Positions 47,893 through 57,342 of a stretch of DNA of 64,000 nucleotides are shown here, piece by piece. This stretch comes from Thermodesulfobacteriota bacterium. GTDB taxonomy: Bacteria > Desulfobacterota > Binatia > Bin18. How positions within the stretch are numbered: the stretch's first letter is position 1; each line of letters starts with the position of its first letter. Location of the stretch: the NCBI GenBank assembly GCA_964291405.2, contig OZ219926.1, positions 4,128,001-4,192,000 of the forward strand. The letters run 5' to 3'. The notes under the pieces are model-generated. The model saw nothing but the letters and a program-made list of their open reading frames with translations, made no database searches and had not been told where the DNA came from. A program made the translations under genes and the position numbers.

Positions 47893-47952
47893 GCTGAAGA
47901 ATCCCTTTTTATCTGTATAGTGCTGGAACCTAGCGCCCTGAGGTTTTCAGTG

Positions 47953-48939
47953 TCAATGCGGTTTCGCCTGATCTTGTTGCTCTGCTTGCTGAGTCCACTT
48001 CTCCGTTTCAACCAAGACGTGAGCGATCCGTTGGCGGAGGGCGTCAGCCGACTCCGGTGTCCAGTCATAGAACCCTTTGCCTGTTTTTACCCCAAGCTCG
48101 TCCTGGGCAACTTTTGCGGACAGGACCGGCGGGATCTTCTGCGACGTTGTGAGATGTGGATACAGCCCTTGCATGGCGGCGGAGATCAAGTCCCAGCCGG
48201 CCAGCTCAAAAACTTCAAAAATCCCGGCGACCGCCCAGCGTCGGCCAATACTATTCTTCATGGCCGTATCAATATCCTGCGGGCTGGCAATACCGTTTTG
48301 CACCATGTCAAGGGCTTCCCGCAGCAGCGCGCCCTGCAAACGGTTGAGAATAAAGCCAGGCACTTCTTTTTGCACGACGACGGGTCGTTTGCCCACGCGC
48401 GTGAGTAATCCGGACAGGGTGTCGAGTGTCTCATCTGACGTGGCCGGCCCACGCACAATTTCAACAATGGGAATGAGATAGGGGGGGTTGGCATAGTGCG
48501 CGACTAAGACCTTGTCGCCGCGCTGCACGGTATGCACGAACTGGCTGGGCATGAGCGTCGAGGTATTGCTCGCCAGGATGGTATGCGGCGGACAAAGGCG
48601 GTCGAGCTGCTCAAAGATGTATCGCTTCAGTTCTACCTCTTCAAACACCGACTCGATCACAAGATCGGCATCCTCGACCGCTCCTTCTAGATCAAGCTCG
48701 GCCCGAATATGGGACAGGACCGGCCTGGCGCGATCCTCAGTCAGCGCACCGAGTGCGATCAAGCGGGCGAGATTGGCCCGGATATTTTCCTCCGCCCGGG
48801 TCAGACTCGCTTGGGTGCGCGCATGCATGGTCACGCGATAGCCGGCCAAGGCAAACTCCTGTGCAATACCGTGGCCCATTAAGCCAGCGCCAACGACGCT
48901 AATGCGTTTGATCGACTGATCGCTCATGTGATTGCTCAT
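47953..48939 (-). CDS. 3-hydroxyacyl-CoA dehydrogenase family
   Basis: GAGLMG, E...E...K, SNTS, H..NP, PGFI.NRL, G.KTGKGFY. Confidence 0.93.
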   Translation of the reverse strand: MSNHMSDQSIKRISVVGAGLMGHGIAQEFALAGYRVTMHARTQASLTRAEENIRANLARLIALGALTEDRARPVLSHIRAELDLEGAVEDADLVIESVFEEVELKRYIFEQLDRLCPPHTILASNTSTLMPSQFVHTVQRGDKVLVAHYANPPYLIPIVEIVRGPATSDETLDTLSGLLTRVGKRPVVVQKEVPGFILNRLQGALLREALDMVQNGIASPQDIDTAMKNSIGRRWAVAGIFEVFELAGWDLISAAMQGLYPHLTTSQKIPPVLSAKVAQDELGVKTGKGFYDWTPESADALRQRIAHVLVETEKWTQQAEQQDQAKPH

Positions 48940-49044
48940 GAGTGAGTGATTAGCGCACTCTTCGCTCTACTCCTAGTACCGAGGTTGTAGCCTCTTTGTC
49001 TCAAGCGTGGTTGTATACGGGCGAAAAAAGATTGAGGAGACAGC

Positions 49045-50187
49045 ATGACACAGGCGCTCACTGACATGTTTGGTATCGAATATCCTATTTTTGCCTTCAC
49101 GCACTGCCGCGACGTTGTTGTCGCAGTCAGTAAAGCTGGTGGACTCGGCGTGCTTGGGGCCGCGATTCACACGGACGAGCGCTTGGAAATCGATATGCAA
49201 TGGATAGACGATCAACTCGGCGATGTCCCGTACGGCGTGGACCTGATGATGCCCTCGAACTACGTGGGTGCTTCAACCGGTGGGATGAATCAAAAGGCGC
49301 TTCAGGAATACATCCCGGACGAGCACCGGCGGTTCGTGGAGAAACTGCTGGAGGACGCCGGGGTGCCCGAGTTGCCGGACCATCTAACCGCCTCCAAAAA
49401 GGAACGCGGCTTACGCTATTCCCAAAAACAGGCCAAGGGTATTGTGGATATTGCGTTTGAGCACAAGGCTCGGTTTCTGGTGAGTGCGCTCGGCACACCG
49501 CCGGATTGGGTGACTGAGGCGGCCCATGCGCGGGGCCTCTACGTCGGCGCCCTGGCTGGTAAGAAAAAGCACGCCGAGCGCCACAAAGCCGCGAGTGTGG
49601 ACGTGATTATCGCCCAGTCCTACGAAGCCGGAGGACATACCGGAGAGATCGGCGGCATGGTGCTGATCCCGGAAATTGTCGATGCCGTTGCCCCGACCCC
49701 AGTGCTCGGCGCCGGCGGCATAGGCAGCGGGCGGCAGATGGCCGCGGCCCTGGCGCTCGGTGCCCAGGGCGTGTGGTGCGGTTCCGTCTGGTTGACGACG
49801 GCCGAGTCCGAACTGGACCGCATGGCCAGGCAAAAGCTGCTGGTCGCGGGGACGGATGACACGGTGCGAACCCGATCCATGACGGGCAAACACGCCCGGT
49901 TTTTACGCTCGGCATGGACCGAGGCATGGGATCGGCCCGACACCCCGGACCCCCTCAAAACCCCGCTCCAAAGCGTTTTGAATTATCCTTCCCTGCGCCG
50001 CATCGACCACGCCATGAAGGCCCCCGGCGTGACCCCGGAGTCCGGCGCCTATCAGCTGTACTCCTATCCTGCCGGACAGGGCATCGGCACGCAAAACAGC
50101 GTGCGGGCCACCCGCGATGTCGTGCGGGAAATGGTGGAGGGCTATGTCGAAGCCGTCGCCAGATTGAACGAACAGCTTGAGGGGTAG
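49045..50187 (+). CDS. Nitronate monooxygenase/enoyl reductase-like flavoprotein
   Basis: AVS.AGGLG, EAGGHTG, AGGI..GR..AAALALGA. Confidence 0.88.
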   Translation: MTQALTDMFGIEYPIFAFTHCRDVVVAVSKAGGLGVLGAAIHTDERLEIDMQWIDDQLGDVPYGVDLMMPSNYVGASTGGMNQKALQEYIPDEHRRFVEKLLEDAGVPELPDHLTASKKERGLRYSQKQAKGIVDIAFEHKARFLVSALGTPPDWVTEAAHARGLYVGALAGKKKHAERHKAASVDVIIAQSYEAGGHTGEIGGMVLIPEIVDAVAPTPVLGAGGIGSGRQMAAALALGAQGVWCGSVWLTTAESELDRMARQKLLVAGTDDTVRTRSMTGKHARFLRSAWTEAWDRPDTPDPLKTPLQSVLNYPSLRRIDHAMKAPGVTPESGAYQLYSYPAGQGIGTQNSVRATRDVVREMVEGYVEAVARLNEQLEG

Positions 50188-50213
50188 ACGGACAAAGTCC
50201 TCACCCACGAGTC

Positions 50214-51293
50214 TCAATACTTGCGCATCACCAACTCGGCAAACTCTGACAGCATCTCCCGGCTTGTCTGGGTCGGAGGCAGGATGGTCAGCTCGTGCAT
50301 GCCCGCTTGCTCTGCCGCGCGGATGCGTTCGATAATCTCCTCTGGCGAGCCCACCAGACTTGTGCCCTGAATCGCCTTGGGAGTCACAAAGCGCCGCTCG
50401 GCCGGCACCAGATAGGTGCTGTGGCCGTCGTGGAGTTGGAGATAGCGTTTGTCGGCCGGCGTCTCCATCCGATCGACATAGGCGCAATACTCCTCCCAGG
50501 TGTCTGCAAATGCCGGCGGAATGACCTCCTCATTCTTGGTCAACTGATAGACCTCATACACAAAATGGAGTGCCGTGGTGACCCAGGCGCCGCAGGCGTC
50601 AATGACCCGGTCCGATTCCAAGGTCTCGCCCGGATGCAGAATCACGGCGGCGGTGACGGCGGAAACGTGAAAGGGGTCCGGCAGGCTGCGTCCGGCTTTG
50701 GCCGCCCCTGTCCGGATCAACTGCAAATGATTGCGCAGGACGCTGGTATCTTCGTAGAGCAGGGTCGTGAGGCCGTCCCCGAATTCACCCGTGAGGCCAA
50801 GCGCCCGCGGTCCGTTGGCGGCAACATAAATCGGAATGGGGTCTTCCAGGTTGATAAAGCGCAGGTCCTGGTGGAGAAAACGGATCGTGCGCGTGGTGTT
50901 ACCAAAGGTGTAGTCAACCTCTTCCCCGCGCAGGAGCGCCCGCACAACGCGCAGATACTCGCGGAAGGGCGCGATGCGCATGGGCTTCATGCCCATGACG
51001 CGCATGGCCGTATGCCCGGTGCCGAGGCCGAGGAAGACGCGGCCCGGTGCAATCTGATTGATCGAGGCAATGGAATGGGCCGTAACCGGAGCGATGCGAC
51101 TGCCGGGAATCGAGACCCCGCTGCCAATATGAATCCGCGAGGTATGCTGCGCAGCCAGCGCCAGGGTGGCATAACAGTCCGACCAGATCATCTGGGAGTC
51201 CGGGACCCAGGCGCGGTCATAGCCCAGATCCTCGGCGTCTTTCACCAGTTGCCAGTCGTCGATACGGGTGGGAAAGATAATACCAAACTGCAT
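50214..51293 (-). CDS. LLM-class oxidoreductase (Mer-like)
   Basis: AE.LGYD.AW..DS, APGR..LG.GTG, PIYVAA.GPR.L. Confidence 0.9.
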   Translation of the reverse strand: MQFGIIFPTRIDDWQLVKDAEDLGYDRAWVPDSQMIWSDCYATLALAAQHTSRIHIGSGVSIPGSRIAPVTAHSIASINQIAPGRVFLGLGTGHTAMRVMGMKPMRIAPFREYLRVVRALLRGEEVDYTFGNTTRTIRFLHQDLRFINLEDPIPIYVAANGPRALGLTGEFGDGLTTLLYEDTSVLRNHLQLIRTGAAKAGRSLPDPFHVSAVTAAVILHPGETLESDRVIDACGAWVTTALHFVYEVYQLTKNEEVIPPAFADTWEEYCAYVDRMETPADKRYLQLHDGHSTYLVPAERRFVTPKAIQGTSLVGSPEEIIERIRAAEQAGMHELTILPPTQTSREMLSEFAELVMRKY

Positions 51294-51346
51294 GCGTCCT
51301 CCTGCGTGCGATTCAGGCGCGTCTCTTTTCTATTGAAGCCGCTAGC

Positions 51347-52384
51347 TTAATACTCCACCGGGCGAACCAGATTCGGCTCCAGCGTGCGCACGCTGGTCTG
51401 CCCGCACAAGGCCAGGTTGGTTTCCAGTTCGTCGCGGAATAGTTCGATTGTCCGATGCACCCCGGCCGCGCCGTCCGCGGCCAGACCCCACAGCATGGGC
51501 CGGCCCATGGCAACCAGATGTGCGCCTAAGGCTAGGGCTTTAATGATGTCTGTGCCCCGACGAAAGCCGCCATCAATCACGATCTGGGCTCTACCCTCAA
51601 CCGCCTCGACAATGTCCGGCAAGGCATCAATCGTCGCCAGGGTGGAATCGAGCTGGCGGCCGCCGTGGTTCGAGACCCAAATGATTTCGGCTCCGACCTC
51701 AACGGCCAGCTTGGCGTCTTCCGGGGTCAGAATGCCCTTTAAGCCAAGCGGAACCGACAGAATGCTCTTGAGCCAGGCCACATCGTCCCAGGTCAGGCGG
51801 GTCTGATAGTCGAACTCAGGCGGCTGTTCGTTGGGGGCGATTGCCCGTGCCCGCTGCGGATCAAAACGCAGCTCAACGTCCCGCTCACGGCGGCTATAGG
51901 TCTGTACGTCAACCGTCAGGCAGACGGCGTGATAGCCCGCGGCTTCCACCCGGGCGAGCAAATCCTGACACCAGGAACGGGGGCCGCTCCAGTAGAGCTG
52001 ATATATCAAGGGGCCACGCGCCGTCTGGGCCAGGTCTTCGACCGACCAGCCGGTGACCCCGCTCACAAAGGCGAGGTTGCGGCTGGGGCTTGCTCCGCGC
52101 ACCATTTCGAGGTCGCCTTCCGGATGAAAAAGCACCAGACCGCCCATCGGCGCGATGGCAAAGGGGGTGGGAAGTTCGAGTCCCAGAAAGGTCGTGCTGA
52201 TATCGATATGGCGGACATCGCGCAGCACCCGCTGGCGGATGGCCAGGCGCTTGAGCGCCCGGCGGTTGCGGCGGCGCGTGGTTTCCGTTTCCGCGCCCCC
52301 AGCGCCAAACGCCCACGGTCCGGGCGGCAGCATGGTTTTTGCGGCGCGTCGAATTTCGCGCAAGGTCATAAAGCGGTGTGGCAT
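51347..52384 (-). CDS. FMN-dependent alpha-hydroxy acid oxidase family
   Basis: LTVD, KG, SNHGGRQLD, DGG.RRG.D..KALALGA. Confidence 0.93.
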   Translation of the reverse strand: MPHRFMTLREIRRAAKTMLPPGPWAFGAGGAETETTRRRNRRALKRLAIRQRVLRDVRHIDISTTFLGLELPTPFAIAPMGGLVLFHPEGDLEMVRGASPSRNLAFVSGVTGWSVEDLAQTARGPLIYQLYWSGPRSWCQDLLARVEAAGYHAVCLTVDVQTYSRRERDVELRFDPQRARAIAPNEQPPEFDYQTRLTWDDVAWLKSILSVPLGLKGILTPEDAKLAVEVGAEIIWVSNHGGRQLDSTLATIDALPDIVEAVEGRAQIVIDGGFRRGTDIIKALALGAHLVAMGRPMLWGLAADGAAGVHRTIELFRDELETNLALCGQTSVRTLEPNLVRPVEY

Positions 52385-52578
52385 GGCAGAGTCCTTTCAG
52401 GCTGGCCCTTTTTTACTTTCCATACCACACTCTTTCGGAGGCTGCTCGGTCCTTTGGCTTTCCTCGCTTGGGCCACTCCCAAGGCAGGGGAAAGACGCGA
52501 GACCGGTCGAGTTCTGCATAACGGAGGCGAAGCCGGGCGGCAAAGCGGGTACGCCCAGCCCTCGAATATCAGGGCAAC

Positions 52579-52941
52579 CTATGAAGAAGTGGGCGAAGCC
52601 GGGCGGATGCGTAATCTGCCTGGCTCGGCGGTAATGATCGCTCCAGCTTCCAGATCCGTACCGTGCGTAGCGAGTACTTGAATACAGGCTGCTGCTTGTT
52701 GACGTGCCGAGAGATTGACAAGGCGAAGAATGCCTGAGTGGCGCTGGCCGCGGACAATAACAAGTTCGCCAAAGTCCTTGTCTAAGGTCACGAGGATACG
52801 ACGGTCATGGAAAGCTCGACTGAGAATTTCTTCATCGCCTGGGTCTTCATCCCACTCGCCCGCCCACAAGACATCATGGCCAGCGGCTCTCATATCCTGG
52901 CGGACTCCGCCCCAGACACAGCTATCAAGCAGAAGCCTCAC
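52579..52941 (-). CDS. DUF5615 PIN-like toxin
   Basis: MRLLLD, D.EIL..A....RILVT.DKDFG.L. Confidence 0.9.
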   Translation of the reverse strand: MRLLLDSCVWGGVRQDMRAAGHDVLWAGEWDEDPGDEEILSRAFHDRRILVTLDKDFGELVIVRGQRHSGILRLVNLSARQQAAACIQVLATHGTDLEAGAIITAEPGRLRIRPASPTSS

Positions 52942-53189
52942 GAGGGGGGTTTAATAAAGAATGGCTCGACGCGTTCATGACTAACGAGCTGTCGCGCATA
53001 GAGGAGGCAAGCCTGGATATCTTCCGGCTCAAGCCAGGAATAGCCTGAAAGTATGGTATCGGCGGTATCTCCCGCTGCCAGCATACCGAGAACATGTTCG
53101 ACTGCGAGCCTTCGTCCTCGGACAATGGGCTTGCCGCCGAAGATTTTCGGATCGATAGTAATGCGTTCGAGCAGCTTGGCCTCATTCAT
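52938..53189 (-). CDS. DUF433 antitoxin
   Basis: RI.IDP.I.GGKP..RG.R..V, Y..L..EDI.ACL.YA; ATGA-coupled to toxin. Confidence 0.92.
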   Translation of the reverse strand: MNEAKLLERITIDPKIFGGKPIVRGRRLAVEHVLGMLAAGDTADTILSGYSWLEPEDIQACLLYARQLVSHERVEPFFIKPPS

Positions 53190-53301
53190 ACCTGTCTCCC
53201 AAAAACATGTTCCAAGGCCCTCCGTATCTCGTTGTCATTGTACTGGCTCCTGACTCCCGTGCAATGCTTATGCTATGAGACTCTGAAGCGACTAAGGGCA
53301 T

Positions 53302-54336
53302 ATGGACAAACACATACCCCCAACCGACCCGGCTGAAGCTGCGGCCTGGGTTGAGTTCTATTACCAGCAGGGCTGGAGTGACGGGTTGCCGCTTGTCCCG
53401 CCAACCGAAGAGTCGGTCCGGGCGATGCTGGAGGCCGGACAGGTCAAGGCGGAGGAGAATCTGGGGACTATTGCGGAACGGAACGTGACCATCCCGGCTG
53501 AGAAGGTAGCCATCAACGCGGTGATGGCCGGCTGTTTGCCCGAGTATTTCCCCGTTGTGCTGGCTGCGGTGCGGGGCCTGTGCCGACCCGAGTTTCACTA
53601 TCACAATCCGGCAACCAGCACCGGCGGGTCGGCGCTTACCCTGATCGTGAACGGCCCGATTGGTCCCACGCTCGGGATCAACGCGACCCATAACGCCTTT
53701 GGGCCGGGATTTCGTCCCAATGCAACCATCGGTCGGGCGCTCCGTCTGGTCATGCTTAACGTGCTCAATACCCGCCCTGGCCTGCTGGATAAGGCCACTT
53801 TGGGCTCACCGGGGAAATATGCGTTCTGTTTTGCCGAGAATGAAGAAAACCATCCCTGGCAGCCGCTCCACGTTGAACGCGGCTTTCGACCCGAGGACAG
53901 TACGGTGACGTTGTACGCGTCCAATACGCTCATGGGGGTGTATAACCAGTTGGCCAGCACGCCCGAGCCTCTGCTGCTGGAATTTGCCGATGCTGTGTGT
54001 AATCTCGCCTCGCCAAACGTATACGGGTTTAATCAGAGCCTGCTGGTGCTCGCCGGCGAGCATGCCGAAATCATCAAACACAGCGGCTGGAGCCGGCGAC
54101 AGGTCCAGGAGCGGGTGATTCAGCAGGCGCGACGGAGTGTGGCGGATTTCAAACGGGCCGGACGTCTGCCGGGGGAGATTAGTCCCGAAGATGCAACAAC
54201 GTGGCGCTATGTCATGCGTGACCCAGATGATGTGTTGATTGTCTGCGCGGGAGCCCAGGGCGGGAGTTGGTCGGCGTGCTTACCAGGCTGGGGGAATAAG
54301 TGGACGCGTAGCGTGACCGAACTGGTGCGGGTGTAA
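53302..54336 (+). CDS. Conserved protein typically partnered with UGSC proteins
   Basis: GW.DGLP.VPPT, EKVA.NAVMAGC.P, G.R.NATIGRA, G.PGKY..C.AENE. Confidence 0.75.
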   Translation: MDKHIPPTDPAEAAAWVEFYYQQGWSDGLPLVPPTEESVRAMLEAGQVKAEENLGTIAERNVTIPAEKVAINAVMAGCLPEYFPVVLAAVRGLCRPEFHYHNPATSTGGSALTLIVNGPIGPTLGINATHNAFGPGFRPNATIGRALRLVMLNVLNTRPGLLDKATLGSPGKYAFCFAENEENHPWQPLHVERGFRPEDSTVTLYASNTLMGVYNQLASTPEPLLLEFADAVCNLASPNVYGFNQSLLVLAGEHAEIIKHSGWSRRQVQERVIQQARRSVADFKRAGRLPGEISPEDATTWRYVMRDPDDVLIVCAGAQGGSWSACLPGWGNKWTRSVTELVRV

Positions 54337-54360
54337 CTGGGACATAAAGGAGGAAGACGA

Positions 54361-54903
54361 ATGCATCGTACGGTTTTTGATCCGACTCTCCCCTTGGAAA
54401 CCCAGGAATTTGTGTATGCGCAGCGACCCGGCTCGTTCCGGGGGCTGCGGGTTGGAGTGGTTGAAAACACCAAATTCAATTCCAAGGAGTTGCTGTGCAA
54501 GGTGGCCGAGCGGCTGGAGCGGCAGCACGGCATACGCCTGGTATCCGTGAATCGTAAGCAGTCATCCGGCCATACCGTCAGCCAAGAAACGATTTCGCTG
54601 TTTCGGCAACAGGTCGATATTGTGCTGGCCGGCGTAGGTGATTGAGGGTCGTGCAGTTCGAGCAGTGTGCTCGACGGACTGAAATTGGAGCGAGCTGGTG
54701 TCCCCACTGCGGCTATCGTCACCACACCCTTTATTGCCACCGGCCGCGCTATGGCCGCCAGTTGGGGGGTCAAGGACTACCGGTTTCTGGTGACTGCCCA
54801 CCCCATCGCCAACCTGACAGAAGACGAGTTGGACACCCGGGCGGACGAACTGGCGGCACAAGTGCTAGACTTTTTTCAAAGCGCCGGTTCTGCTTCGGAT
54901 TGA
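54361..54903 (+). CDS. UGSC-family selenoprotein
   Basis: ORFs 54361-54645 and 54667-54903 are in frame across TGA 54643-54645: AGVGD-U-GSC; SECIS-like hairpin follows. Confidence 0.9.
54654..54681 (+). promoter_or_regulatory. Putative bacterial SECIS element
   Basis: CAGT-TCGAGCA-GTG-TGCTCGA-(CGG)-ACTG; apical G 20 nt after TGA. Confidence 0.8.
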
Positions 54904-54990
54904 CACCCCCGAAGGGGCATTGTAACAATAACGCCTCATACGAATACGGGAGTTTTCAATACTCACCGGCGCATTCACGGAGGAGGGAAG

Positions 54991-56145
54991 GTGTTTCAAA
55001 CCTCACGGCTACCGTATGCAGGGGCCATTGATGCCGATGGCCATATTAATGAACCCGCCGATCTGTGGGAGCGGTATATTGACCCGGAATATCGGGAGCA
55101 GGCCATCCGGATTCGGCCCGGCCCGGACGGGCTCGACCATCTGGAACTGAACGGCCAGCGTTCGCGCTATTTTGACGCGGAAATCCTGGCCCGTGGCACC
55201 AGCATGGGCAGCACATTTGAAGAGCGTACCGGCATTAAGCAACAGGGCTACACCAAAAGCGTCCCCTTTGGAGGAAACGATCCTCAAGAACGCCTGGCCC
55301 TACTCGATCAGGAAAACCTGGCCAAAGCGCTGATCTATCCAACGATCTGTCTGGAATGGGAAACAGAAGTCACCGACCATGATCTGGCCCAGGCCTACAC
55401 CCGCGCCTATAACCGCTGGATCGTGGATTTTTGTTCCGATTCCGGTGGCCGGCTGATTCCGATCGCCCATATCTGTCTCACTTCAGGTGAAGCTGCGGCT
55501 CAGGAACTGGAACGGGCCGTCAAAGCCGGGGCCAAGGGTGCTTTTGTCTCACCTTATACGCTGACCGACAAAGCTCATGGGCATAAGGATCACGATCCGT
55601 TCTGGGCTATGGCCCAGGACCTGGATGTCCCGATCGGGATTCATCCGGTGGCCGAGCCGCCGAACCGCCGCGTCTACCAGCGCTTTCGGGAGATGTATAA
55701 ATGGGGCGAGTGGTGGGTGGACATGCTGGGCGGCCAGGGTCCCCAGCAGGCCTTCTTGGGCCTGTTCCAATACGGTCTGTTCGACCGTTTTCCCACCGTA
55801 AAGGTTGTCGTGCTCGAATCCGGAGCGGGCTGGATCGGGCATATGCTCGACCGCATGGACGCCGCGTATAAGACCGCCCTTGGCAGAAGCGTCCCGCTCA
55901 AAGAAGTCCCGAGCTACTACTTCCAGCGCCAGTGTTGGATATCGGCCGACCCGGATGAGCGTGCTCTGCCATACCTGATTGAGTATATCGGCGCGGACAA
56001 GTTTTTCTGGGCGAGTGATTTCCCCCACGACGATCATACCTGCGACTATATTAAAGACCTGACGAAGATGGTGGAGCCGCTGTCTGAAGAGAGTCGGCGG
56101 AAAGTCCTGGGTGAGAATGTAGCCGGCGTGTACGGGCTGTCCTGA
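54991..56145 (+). CDS. Amidohydrolase_2 family protein
   Basis: DADGH..EP, YN.W..DFC, H, E.GAGW, SDFPH. Confidence 0.9.
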   Translation: MFQTSRLPYAGAIDADGHINEPADLWERYIDPEYREQAIRIRPGPDGLDHLELNGQRSRYFDAEILARGTSMGSTFEERTGIKQQGYTKSVPFGGNDPQERLALLDQENLAKALIYPTICLEWETEVTDHDLAQAYTRAYNRWIVDFCSDSGGRLIPIAHICLTSGEAAAQELERAVKAGAKGAFVSPYTLTDKAHGHKDHDPFWAMAQDLDVPIGIHPVAEPPNRRVYQRFREMYKWGEWWVDMLGGQGPQQAFLGLFQYGLFDRFPTVKVVVLESGAGWIGHMLDRMDAAYKTALGRSVPLKEVPSYYFQRQCWISADPDERALPYLIEYIGADKFFWASDFPHDDHTCDYIKDLTKMVEPLSEESRRKVLGENVAGVYGLS

Positions 56146-56197
56146 CCCCAAGCGCACCTCTGTACACAGAAACGAATAACCAAAAAAGGAGTAGGTT

Positions 56198-57316
56198 ATG
56201 CAATTCGGTATGCTGTACGAAATGGAAACGCCCCGCCCGTGGAACAAGCTGAGTGAGTACAACGTCTACCACGAAGCCCTGGCCCAGATCGAACGGGCCG
56301 ACCAGGTTGGCTTTGACTATGTGTGGGAGGTTGAGCATCATTTTCTGGAGGAATACTCCCACAGCCCGGCCCCCGAGGTGTTCTACGGGGCGGTCTCGCA
56401 GCGCACCAAGAACATCCGTATCGCCCACGGCGTGCGCCTCCTGCCGCACCGCTTCAACCACCCCATCAAGGTGGCGGAACAGGCCGCCGTGCTCGACATT
56501 CTGAGCAACGGGCGGATGGACCTGGGTACGGGGCGGTCAACCACGGCCCAGGAGCTGGACGGATTTGGGGTGGATTACGATCGGACGCGTGAAGAGGTGC
56601 GTGAGGCCCTCGATGTGATCGTGAAAGCCTGGACCGAAGAAATCCTGGAATACAACGGTAAAACTATTCAGGTCCCGCCCCGGCGGGTCGTGCCCAAGCC
56701 CATTCAAGAGCCACATCCGCCGATGTGGATGGCCTGCGTAGCACCGGACAGCTATGAGATGGCTGCCGACCGCGGCCTCGGTGTGCTCAGCTTCAATCTG
56801 AACTGGGAACAGGTCCAGAAGACCATGGACACCTACCGGGAGAAGTGTAAAGACCGCAGCGACGTGGTGTCGCAGGTGATCAACGAGCGGTTTGCCGGGG
56901 TGGCCATCTGTCATGTGGCCGAGAACAAAGAGGAAGAGGCGATCGGCATCGACGGGGCACGTTGGTTTCTGCACAACGTGGCCAAGCTGTTTGAGCCCCT
57001 GATGGTCAAGAACAATCTGTACTCATACGAATATCTGCGCACCCTGTTCGACCTGGAAGCGGATGCCAACGATTTGAGCGACGCGCAGATCAAAGAGCAC
57101 CCCATGGTCACGGTCGGCAATCCGGATGAGGTCAACCGCAAGCTCGAAAACTTTGACCAGGCCGGTCTGGATCAGGTGATTTTCTTCAAGCAGGCCGGTC
57201 GGATTCCGCACAAGAACATCATGCGCTCGATTAATCGGATCGGGCAGTATGTGATTCCGTATTTTAATCCGCATAAAGCGGGACCGACTGAGGAGACGCT
57301 GTTCTCAGCAAAATAA
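56198..57316 (+). CDS. LLM-class flavin-dependent oxidoreductase
   Basis: VEHHFLEEYSH, HP..VAE..A.LD.LS.GR, PKP.Q.PHPP. Confidence 0.92.
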   Translation: MQFGMLYEMETPRPWNKLSEYNVYHEALAQIERADQVGFDYVWEVEHHFLEEYSHSPAPEVFYGAVSQRTKNIRIAHGVRLLPHRFNHPIKVAEQAAVLDILSNGRMDLGTGRSTTAQELDGFGVDYDRTREEVREALDVIVKAWTEEILEYNGKTIQVPPRRVVPKPIQEPHPPMWMACVAPDSYEMAADRGLGVLSFNLNWEQVQKTMDTYREKCKDRSDVVSQVINERFAGVAICHVAENKEEEAIGIDGARWFLHNVAKLFEPLMVKNNLYSYEYLRTLFDLEADANDLSDAQIKEHPMVTVGNPDEVNRKLENFDQAGLDQVIFFKQAGRIPHKNIMRSINRIGQYVIPYFNPHKAGPTEETLFSAK

Positions 57317-57342
57317 GGCTGCCGCACAAGGAGAAGTCATAC

